From the NCBI RefSeq assembly GCF_006345805.1, contig NW_021827312.1, positions 1-10,954 of the forward strand: DNA of 10,954 nt, in the 5' to 3' direction. The stretch is from Octopus sinensis (taxonomy: Eukaryota). How positions within the stretch are numbered: position 1 is the first letter of the stretch; each line of letters starts with the position of its first letter. The position numbers were made by a program, and so were the translations under genes. This document shows positions 1 through 7,791 of this stretch, one piece after another. The notes under the pieces were generated by a model. The model did not search any database. It was not told where the DNA came from and saw only the letters and a program-made list of their open reading frames with translations.

Positions 1-237
1 ACACTCCCATACACACACACACATTCATACACACATATCTCCATTGTATATTTGATCCCCATTTTAGAGACCATCCTTTAAAAAAAAGACTATTTAACTT
101 ACTGTGTTCCCACCCACTTTAGAGATTCTATACACCACTCAGCCCTCTTTGGGGATACCATCTACCCCTCCTCTGCAAACCCTACACTTCTTAAATCATT
201 TTTCACATAAGGGCTTCTTTTAATTTATGACCAGACA

Positions 238-251
238 CCCCCCCCCCCCCC
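238..251. repeat. poly-C tract (14 bp)
   Basis: C14 read directly at 238-251. Confidence 0.95.
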
Positions 252-321
252 GCACTCTTCACCAATAACTTAACTCTCATAAAACTTTCGTCAGTTACAT
301 CCAATATACATATATTATGAT

Positions 322-448
322 TCTGTCTGTCTGTCGGACTGTCTGTCTGTCTTGTTGTCTTATGTCTGTCTGTCTGTCTATCTTTTGTATGTCTGTCTGT
401 CTATCTGTGTCTGTCTCATCTGTCTATCTATCTACCTATCTATCTATC

Positions 449-514
<66 letters not shown>

Positions 515-593
515 GTCTGTCTATCTGTCTGTCTATCTATCTATCTGTCCGCCCGTCCGTCTGCTTTTCTGTGAATCTGTCTGTCTGTGTTTG

Positions 594-659
<66 letters not shown>

Positions 660-732
660 ATCTGTCTGTCTGCCTGTCTGTCTGTTTATCTGTCCGTCTG
701 TCTGCCTGCTTGCCTGCCTATCTGTCTGTCTA
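322..732. repeat. Compound tetranucleotide microsatellite (TCTG)n/(TCTA)n
   Basis: Alternating blocks of TCTG and TCTA units. Explains the artefactual ORFs 317-574, 352-777 and 587-787 (LSIY/SVCL repeats). Confidence 0.97.
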
Positions 733-1185
733 TTGCCTGAAATATCCGAGTATCACCACAATGGTTCTAAAAATTAATCTATTTTGATGTGAAGAAACCA
801 AACATACCGGAAGTAAAGAATCCTCTTTCGCAGAACAGCTTCTTCCCAACGAACCAATCATTCTTATTTCTACTTTTCACAATACAATATTTCATCTTTA
901 TTTTCTCTGTTCACTTTCCACTCGGGGGTCAGTATTACATTTTATTATTTCCGGTGCCGATAAAACAATGCAGCAGTTAAATACCTGTTAAATACCGTTT
1001 ATATTTTTATAACACATCCTTTAATAATATAAGACCGTGTTATGATTGGTTGAAAAGTCGAGTAGGACATTTTTGACAGTTTGAAAGTTGTATCAATTAA
1101 CCTAATAAACGTTGCAGCGAGTTGGTTTAGAGAGCTCTGGTTTTACACCTCGTATATTAAGTAAATGTTCACAATAGCCGTTTTC

Positions 1186-1260
1186 GTTTAGCCCAAGGGA
1201 AACTCTGGTCGAACAGATCTAGACACAAAGACATTCTAGCCGTGACCATATGTCTTTTAT
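1186..1260 (+). mobile_element. Possible fragment of an octopus interspersed repeat (SINE-like 3' end)
   Basis: GTTTAGCCC...CAAAGACATTCTAGCCGTGACCAT..TCTTTT resembles, from memory only, a common Octopus repeat segment. There is no internal structural proof. Confidence 0.3.
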
Positions 1261-1309
1261 TCAGATACGAGAACTAATTTATTAAATGTAAGCCTTTAAG
1301 GTTTAGTTT

Positions 1310-1711
1310 AATTTCTTTCCACGTAGTTTGACCGAGACATGAGGCAACCAGACGTTTCCAATCGCTCTAGTGTTTTTAAGTGTCGTCTGCATCTTCTTTA
1401 AGTGTCGTCTGCATTTTTTTAAAGTGCCGTCTGCATATTTTTAAATGTCGTCTGCATCTTTTAAGTTGTTTCAGATCTTCTTCAAAAGCGGCGTGTCATG
1501 TTTTCCTGGTCTCCCTCTCTTCCTTCGTCCCTCTGATGGTACTCATTGTACCGGGCATCACCAGAAGCAACGTGTTTTTAGTACTCGTCCTTCTGGGAAC
1601 GGTAAAACAGAACGTACAAGTCTCATATTTGTTTCCGCCACAATCTCATGCAGGCTGCACTGATTGGCTCTTCTCGAGACTTGGGATTTTGTTCCTCCGT
1701 TCCTGTAAAAT
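1310..1711 (-). mobile_element. Decayed RTE-type non-LTR retrotransposon (LINE), 3' end of ORF2, downstream piece
   Basis: Minus-strand translation 1680->1507 in one frame: VSRRANQCSLHEIVAETNMRLVRSVLPFPEGRVLKTRCFW*CPVQ*VPSEGRRKRGRP. After a 1 nt frameshift: KT*HAAFEEDLKQL (1504->1463). Then SDWKRLVASC (1366->1337). This matches the post-RT C-terminus of RTE-like ORF2 (..RRxRxxGHVLRxPxxR..WxPxxGKRxRGRPxKTWxxxxxxDL...DRxxWRxLV) in the right order. Stops and frameshifts indicate a fossil. Confidence 0.8.
1376..1466. repeat. 20-22 bp minisatellite, ~4.3 copies (consensus TTAAGTGTCGTCTGCATYTTY)
   Basis: Units start at 1376, 1398, 1420 and 1441, with a partial unit at 1461; each has the core TGYCGTCTGCAT. 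Confidence 0.95.
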
Positions 1712-1960
1712 CACTGGTTCTCATCCATTTTCTACCTACGGACCCCTTTGATTCCTATTTTTTCTCTGGTGAACCCTCATAGCCATTTGATGTTTTAAAA
1801 AATCCCATTATATTTTTATAAGTATTATAAGGAATTGTATTTTAAAATAGTTATAATATTTCGCGTACTGTAGAAGTACAAGTGATTTACGGCACATAAA
1901 CTTTAACAGAATCTTATAGTGACCTCGAAGGGCCAAATGGGTCCAGGTTGAAAACCACTG
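1712..1960. mobile_element. hAT (Charlie-like) non-autonomous MITE, 249 bp
   Basis: 15 bp terminal inverted repeats CACTGGTTCTCATCC (1712-1726) and revcomp CAGTGGTTTTCAACC (1960-1946), 12/15 identical and of the CAGTGGTTYTCAA hAT type. Subterminal GGACCC motifs at 1740-1745 and inverted at 1939-1944; AT-rich interior. It interrupts the LINE reading frame. No clean 8 bp TSD is left. Confidence 0.8.
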
Positions 1961-2170
1961 CTGCAGGCAATCTTGAGCATTCTGCATAGACACCATTGGT
2001 CGAATACACTCAATCTCTGAGTGATCTCAGCAACCATTTTTCCAAATTTCTCTATTTTAAGACGGTATGGTTACTATTTCTAGCACATCAATCAAAAAGT
2101 TCAAAGGTCTAAGCAATTCATTTCCTTTATTTTCTGGAAGGGGCAACATCGACTTCCAATCTCGTTTCCC
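1961..2170 (-). mobile_element. Decayed RTE-type LINE ORF2, upstream piece (other side of the MITE)
   Basis: Minus strand 2037->1963 reads MVAEITQRLSVFDQWCLCRMLKIAC, preceded after a 1 nt shift by IVTIPS*NREIWK. This matches the RTE motif 'IVxPxxxYxxETWxxxxxxxxKLxVFxxxCLRxILxIxW', which lies just upstream of the piece at 1680. The 5' boundary is uncertain. Confidence 0.75.
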
Positions 2171-2545
2171 TTAACTCCTGTAAATATTTATCTCTTAATT
2201 CTGTAAAGAATTTGACAGTTCTAATATTTACCATTTCATAAAAGTGGCGAATAGTTCCGCTGCGTTAAATTACGATTTCGTTAAATTGAAGAACATGTTA
2301 TGGAATTCCTAAATATTGGGCTATATATATCGAAGATTTATTAATTCCAGTGAATGTCTGCGAATATAATCAGTTTAATTCCAATCTTGTTCTTTAATCA
2401 CAATAAAAAAAGTTAAACAATCCATTTGTTAATCAGTCAGGATTGTGTGGCACTTTTACTGTCTTCTACAAGAGATTTAGATTATCTAATTTCATATGAA
2501 TGGAATTGGTTAAACGGAAACTATAGGAAACCCGTGTGTGTGTAT

Positions 2546-2790
2546 GTGTGGTTTGTGATTAAGACGTTGAGCTCCCGATCATAAGATTGTGCGTTCGATC
2601 TCTGGACCGGGCAGTGCGTTGTATCCGTAGGGAAGGCACTTAAGTTCACATTGCTTCGGTCTACTCAGCCGCAAATGAGTACGAGCTGAGTGCTGGCGCA
2701 GGTCTCTTCTATCCCAGGACGTAAGGTGTCAAATTCTTAATATTCTGTTGAATCACGTCATACTCGCTTGCGAGTGACGGCTATGCATTA
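2546..2790 (+). mobile_element. Degenerate tRNA-derived SINE with CORE-like central domain
   Basis: A-box-like TGGTTTGTGATTAAG at ~2549 and B-box GTTCGATC at 2593-2600. These are followed by ..GGGAAGGCACTTAAGTTCACATTGCT..CTACTCAGCCGCAAATGAGT (to 2680), resembling the CORE-SINE domain. The 3' limit beyond 2680 is a guess. Confidence 0.65.
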
Positions 2791-2796
2791 CTCAAG

Positions 2797-2890
2797 CACA
2801 CACACACACACACACACCACACACACACACACACACACATACACACACGCACGCACGCACTCACACATACATACATACATACATACATAC
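2797..2890. repeat. Compound microsatellite (CA)n/(CACG)n/(CATA)n
   Basis: Read directly. Confidence 0.95.
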
Positions 2891-2937
2891 AGTAATAACA
2901 ACAATAATCTTTGGACGAAATTTATAAACATTTAGTG

Positions 2938-3073
2938 CATCGCTACGCGCGTTTCCTCAAATCCCGTGTCTCTTAAGATCATAGTCCGTATTCTTGAGAT
3001 GATTACAGTCTAACCCGTAGTGTCCGTGGGCATCAGGTAGATCATTTTCATGGATTCATTTCTTCAGGCGATA
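2938..3073 (-). ncRNA. Putative type I hammerhead ribozyme (Penelope-type minimal helix III) with 105 nt helix II insert
   Basis: Minus strand 5'->3': ATCGC (3072-3068), CTGAAGA (3067-3061), 105 nt, GAAAC (2955-2951), GCGC loop, GTA (2946-2944), GCGAT (2943-2939). Helix I ATCGC/GCGAT pairs perfectly, with one extra G-U. Helix III is 2 bp closed by a palindromic GCGC tetraloop. Weakness: the helix II junction lacks the canonical closing pair (7 bp UGAAUCC/GGAUUUG after a 2x2 mismatch). Confidence 0.45.
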
Positions 3074-3159
3074 TAACATTAATGGATGTTTACTAGAGGG
3101 ATGTTTATCCCTTTTGACCTACCCACTGGTCGAAAGGGACAAATATCCATTAATGTTAT

Positions 3160-3293
3160 ATCGCCTGAAGAAATGAATCCATAAAAATGATCTAACCGGT
3201 GCCCACTGACATTACGGACTACATTGTATTCATCCTAGGAATACGGACTCTGATCCTAAGAGACATGTGAATTGTGGAAACGCGCGCAGTGAT
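3160..3293 (+). ncRNA. Mutated mirror copy of the hammerhead-like motif (probably inactive)
   Basis: ATCGC (3160-3164), CTGAAGA (3165-3171), 105 nt, GAAAC (3277-3281), GCGC, GCA (3286-3288), GTGAT. The conserved U16.1 is replaced by C and helix II pairing is worse. Confidence 0.35.
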
Positions 3294-3486
3294 GCATTAA
3301 ATGTTTGTAAATTCCATCCAAAGATTGTTGTTATTATTACTATATTTACCCTATATTATATGAGTACAGCTCGATGTAACCCCTAATGTCTGATTCACCA
3401 GTCAGCGCCATTAGACCGTGGCCGGCATAATGGAATAAGAGCTTTATTTGCATATTCAAAACATTTCCCGTAAACAAATTTAAAAG

Positions 3487-3488
<2 letters not shown>

Positions 3489-3521
<33 letters not shown>

Positions 3522-3540
3522 ACACACATATATATATATA
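3489..3540. repeat. (CA)n/(TA)n microsatellite
   Basis: Read directly. Confidence 0.95.
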
Positions 3541-3927
3541 AGCATATCCAAAGAGGTTTTTAACCCAATATTTACACGCTTCTAACCCCTCCATGGGCCA
3601 CTGTCAAAAGCTAATTATATCTATAGGCATTCATGCAAGTATGTGTGCATGTATGGATGATGGCTGGTGGCTACATCGGCGAAAAACGATAACGGAAAGC
3701 AAAGTCCCTTGCGAGAATTGTTTCGCATCGAATTAGGCAGACACTCCCTTATCACACTCGACTTAGAAACGCATATGTATCTTTAGACAACAATATTATT
3801 ATTGTTTTTTTTTATCACTTGTGATATCAAGCACATCACCAACCAATTAACGAAGTCCTTGTGCCGAGGGTTGTATTAAGAGCAGACAATTACTGCTGCA
3901 TCGGGAGCTGTACGTGGGATATACCAC

Positions 3928-3961
3928 ATGTGTGTGTGTATGTGTGTGTGAGTGTGTGTGT

Positions 3962-3993
<32 letters not shown>
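3928..3993. repeat. (TG)n microsatellite with interruptions
   Basis: Read directly. Confidence 0.95.
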
Positions 3994-4055
3994 CTGGTTG
4001 TTATTCACCCAATTAACAAACCCTCATAGATCACCCACCAGTTTGCAGCTGTTTG

Positions 4056-4290
4056 CACACACACACACACACACACTGACACACACACACACACACACAC
4101 ACACTGACACACACACACACACACACCACACACTGAAACACACACACACACACTGAAACACACACACACACTGAAACACACACACTGACACACACACACA
4201 CACTGACACACACACACACACACACTGACGCACACACACACACACATACACACACACACATACACACACACACACACACACTGACACACT

Positions 4291-4324
<34 letters not shown>

Positions 4325-4347
4325 ACACACACACACACACACACTGA
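4056..4347. repeat. (CA)n array regularly punctuated by CTGA/CTGAAA
   Basis: About a dozen CTGA interruptions separate CA runs of variable length. Explains the artefactual CV-rich ORFs at 4005-4391. Confidence 0.95.
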
Positions 4348-5350
4348 CACACTGACGTCTCCATCAGCCCTATCTTCATCTCACTTACCATATGTAACTT
4401 CTCAAGGCTAGTTATTCAGTTATTGACATAATTTCCTCTCCTCTGCGCTGCTTAAGGGTGGCATCTGGCACAACAGAAGGACGTTTTTATATAGGGTTTC
4501 ACACAAAGGTGCTGTTTTCGTAGTACCAAGTGCTGTCTGCTGCTGGTGTGTTTGGTTAACCAAACAAACCAGGCTGTAAATAATGAACTAAAATCTCCAC
4601 ACAGTACCCACCTCTTTCCGATTCACGTGCTTCGAAACTCTAACATTTTGTAACTGAATCGCAGGAGACTGCATGACAAAAGATATAGGTTGTTTTTGAA
4701 AAGAATTCTAAATCCAAACAGCAAACATATGTCGGTTTATTAGCAAACAAATGGCAACAATAATCACAAATTCCTCTTCTTTACATTTTTAATTAAATGT
4801 GATTCTTTCTACAACTGCTGCTACATTCGTTTGTAATTAACAAGTATTTCAGGAGCAGACGAGAGTATTTAACACCAGGTCGATGAAGAATTTTCTATGT
4901 AATCGCCTGACCTGTAACAACCTTTAATCAAATATAGAGTGAAACGTGTTTATTGTGATGAGCCTAAGTTATTTTAATTAATCAGTTATAATTACGAGTG
5001 TAAGGAGGAGAATATAATTAGCTGGATGATTTAATTCTGGTAAAGAAAGACAGGAAAGACAACTCCTTTACCTAAACCAATTAAAACTCAAAGCTGGGCA
5101 TTGAAGAGATGATAGTTGTCTTCCTTGGTGAGAGTAATAGCAAATATTGATTTGTTTCTGCCTTATTAGGTTTCCTTAGTGAAGCTTAGTCCTAACAAGT
5201 TTTGTGACTGAAAGATATAAAGACTTGAAAAAGTAGAAACTGGAAAACGCGATAGTCTGCCACGCAGAGCCATCTATCGCAATCTTTAATATAGGAAGTA
5301 GGTGCTAAGTCTTAAGACACCATCTATTATAATAAATTTTTAAAATAGTC

Positions 5351-5510
5351 GTAGGAGTGACTGTGTGGTAAGTAGCTTGCTTACCAACCACATGGTTCTG
5401 GGTTCAGTCCCACTGCGTGGTACCTTGGGCAAGTGTCTTCAACTATAGACTCGGGCCGACCAAAGCCTTGTGAGTGGATTTGGTAGACGGAAACTGAAAG
5501 AAGCCCGTCG

Positions 5511-5544
<34 letters not shown>

Positions 5545-5805
5545 TGTATGTATGTATGTATGTATGTATGTATGTATGTATGTGTGTGTATATGTTTGTG
5601 TGACTGTGTTTGTCCTTCCAACATGCTTGACAACCGATGCTGGTGTGTTTACGACCCCGCAACTTAGCGGTTCGGCAAAAGAGACCGATAGAATAAGTAC
5701 CAGGCTTCCAAAGAATAAGTCCTGGGGTAGATTTGTTCGACCAAAGGCGGTGCTCCAGCATTGCCGCGGTGAAATGACTGAAACAAGTAAAAGAGAAGAA
5801 GAGTA
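5351..5805 (+). mobile_element. Full-length tRNA-derived SINE, copy 1 (Octopus-type), with internal (TATG)n
   Basis: A-box TGACTGTGTGG (5358-5368), B-box GGTTCAGTCCC (5401-5411), CORE-like CCTTGGGCAAGTGTCTT, internal (TATG)n at 5511-5581 and a 3' tail AAGTAAAAGAG. The first 160 bp differ from copy 2 at only 9 positions (~94%). Confidence 0.92.
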
Positions 5806-5809
5806 TCTA

Positions 5810-6310
5810 CAGACAAAATACCATTTATCGAACAAAAGCAGCGAAGTACAACTTCACGGAATGCATGTGTTGTGTCATTAGATCCGGAAAACTAAGTGTG
5901 GCAAACAACTGTAGAGTGAAAGAAGCTGGCATGCGGGGCCGAAACAGAACTTTCCTATTGAAAGAGAAAACGCCGAGAGAAAATAGTTGTATACGATGCC
6001 GCTACCTCCAATAACAACACATCTGCGAGCGATATTAGCTTACGCAGCACTCTTTCAAGTGTTGCTTGCACCAAGAAAACAAATCGTTTCGTCACCGCAC
6101 CTAGAAAACACGACAGTATTCAAAATTCATTTGAAAACCTAAGAGCAAAGGAAATACTGCAACTAACGCATAAACAGTATTAGATGAGACGCAGACATTT
6201 AAGAAAGAGCAAAATTGATGCGGCCTATGTCTGTCTGAGAAACTCTATATAAAACACGACCCTATTCAATAAAAGAAATGAGCTAATTTCAACCTGTCGA
6301 AACATGCCTA
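5810..6310 (+). mobile_element. Decayed Penelope-like retroelement, GIY-YIG endonuclease region
   Basis: Plus-strand motifs in the expected order: IVVYDAA (5983), DISL (6031; YIGL-like), KSFRHRT (6081), SKFI*KPKSKG (6120), *TVLDETQTF, CGLCLSEKLYI (6219-6251), NKRNELISTCR (6268-6300). These match the Penelope EN consensus VVY..YIG..HxxSFR..LSKxIWxLK..WxIL..CxLCLxEKxxI..LNKRxELxSxCRH. Several stops and frameshifts. The segment 5810-5920 is weaker (KYNFTECMCCVIRS resembles KxSYSCxxNMxxII). Confidence 0.85.
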
Positions 6311-6604
6311 GAAAGGTATCGAAATTTTCATGGAGGATTCGGTCGATGATTTTTGGTCTGATAGTGACTTTCAAATATTGACATCGCTACGAGTTTTCTT
6401 TCTAACCTGTTTTCCTTCTAACCTGTTGGTGTGTTGGTTCGAGTGAACGAATCCACGGTCCAGAGTTGTATTCCCTGTTTATCACCCTACATAAATAAAC
6501 ATATCAGATTCTATGTATTTGCAGCACAAGGTTGCATAGAGGATGTGGGTTTTATGGAGCACATTTCTGCTTTTGTAACTTAAAATAAACAAAGCAACTG
6601 TATA

Positions 6605-6661
6605 AATATGTAAATGTATGTGTGCACATATGTGTATGGATGCATACATATATGACAGTCC

Positions 6662-6719
<58 letters not shown>

Positions 6720-6845
6720 TCATATATATATACATATGTGTGGCATATATACGTATATGAAAACAAACAAATCCACACACGTATATAACTATTGTACATA
6801 TGTATATAAGTGTGTTTGTGTGTGTGAGTCAGTGTGTGTGTACGT
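6605..6845. repeat. Compound microsatellite (TATG/TG, CT, CA, TA, TG)
   Basis: Read directly; includes a long (CT)n at ~6661-6705. Confidence 0.92.
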
Positions 6846-7166
6846 ATCTGTAAACCTGAAGCTATGGTGACTCATTACCAAATGAAAATTCTTATTTTGA
6901 TAATATAAAACGGTAAAATCTAGAAAATCGCAACAAAACAAGAATTCAGCAAAAGATGTTTGTTTTGCGATAAAAGTCTGAAGACGAAGGGAAAAATGTT
7001 GTGTGAAAGTTCAGCTTTCATATTCGGATGCCAATAATGGTTAGATTGAATTCTTCAGCTCCTCTGAACACATCAAACCCGACTTGATTCTCTGTGAAAC
7101 ATGGATGTTCTTTGCAATCGACTGGAACATTTATAGAAGATCCACTGCATTAAACTAATCACCAAC

Positions 7167-7333
7167 GCCGCCGCCGACCCACCGCCGCCGACGCCAACCG
7201 TGCCGCCGACGCCACCGCCGCCGACGCCACCGCCGCCGACGCCACCGCCGCCGACGCCACCGCCGCCGACGCCACCGCCGCCGACCGCCACCGCCGCCGA
7301 CGCCACCGCCGCCGACGCCACACCCGACGCCGC
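7167..7333. repeat. GC/CpG-rich 15 bp minisatellite (GCCGCCGACGCCACC)n, ~10 copies
   Basis: Five perfect tandem units at 7202-7276, a 16 bp variant at 7277, a perfect unit at 7293, and degenerate flanking units. Confidence 0.95.
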
Positions 7334-7425
7334 CACTGTTACTACACCGTCTCCATCATCTACATCATCTTCACCACCACCACACCACCACCACCACCCC
7401 TTTCTCCTCTTGCACAGGTGATCAA

Positions 7426-7637
7426 TACACACACACACATAGATCCCCACACACATACACACATATATATATATATATATATATACACAGATATACAGAT
7501 ATATACATACACACACAACAACACACACACCACACACACATATATATATATATATATAATATATATATATATAATATATATATGTACATATTTATATACA
7601 TATATTATATATAATTTTTATATATGCATAATATATG

Positions 7638-7668
<31 letters not shown>

Positions 7669-7729
7669 CGTGCAATATAATATATACGGATATATATAGA
7701 GACAGATGATAAATAGATAGGATAGATAG

Positions 7730-7791
<62 letters not shown>

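Larger units (their letters stand above)
2891..3341. repeat. Long inverted repeat / palindromic (foldback) element, 451 bp
   Basis: Manual alignment of the left arm 2891-3119 with the reverse complement of the right arm 3128-3341: 214 aligned columns, 31 mismatches (~85%), one 15 bp insertion in the left arm (3092-3106), and an 8 nt spacer TACCCACT (3120-3127). Confidence 0.97.

Noticed and set aside
110-215. Minus-strand VKNDLRSVGFAEEG*MVSPKRAEW, reminiscent of a LINE ORF2 C-terminus
   Set aside because: Too short, and the expected upstream GRP..W motif is absent; it cannot be supported without a profile search.
317-787. ORFs 317-574, 352-777, 587-787
   Set aside because: They are translations of TCTG/TCTA microsatellites (LSIY/SVCL repeats).
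1376-1466. CRISPR-like array interpretation of the short repeats (also 9490-9710)
   Set aside because: The units are tandem without unique regular spacers, the context is eukaryotic, and there are no cas genes.
1380-1751. Plus-strand ORFs 1380-1751 and 1445-1663
   Set aside because: They are antisense to the LINE fossil and minisatellite; the recognisable protein motifs are on the minus strand.
3030-3067. Alternative compact hammerhead fold CUGAAGA-A-AUG(AAUC)CAU-GAAA on the minus strand
   Set aside because: Helix II is plausible, but no compatible helix III/NUH plus helix I follows this GAAA. The distal GAAAC-GCGC-GUA satisfies both.
3968-4391. CV- and HT-rich ORFs
   Set aside because: They are dinucleotide repeat translations.
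5351-5420. tRNA gene call for the SINE heads (also 2546-2610 and 9842-9910)
   Set aside because: They have A/B boxes but no complete cloverleaf or acceptor stem, and they continue into SINE bodies.
5381-5881. Five overlapping ORFs across SINE copy 1, and similar ORFs at 9676-10103
   Set aside because: They are chance frames through a non-coding SINE and its internal microsatellite. Such peptides often appear as spurious 'hypothetical proteins'.
6355-6400. CTGATAGTG downstream of the Penelope ORF as a hammerhead remnant
   Set aside because: CUGANGA is incomplete and there is no GAAA partner or helix pairing.
7401-7420. Polypyrimidine tract plus CAG resembling a splice acceptor
   Set aside because: It is followed directly by microsatellite with no plausible exon or donor.
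7073-7537. Gly/Val- and Pro/Thr-rich ORFs (extensin- or glycine-rich-protein-like)
   Set aside because: They arise from the 15 bp minisatellite, are open on both strands, and run into TA/CA microsatellites. A 16 bp unit shifts the frame.
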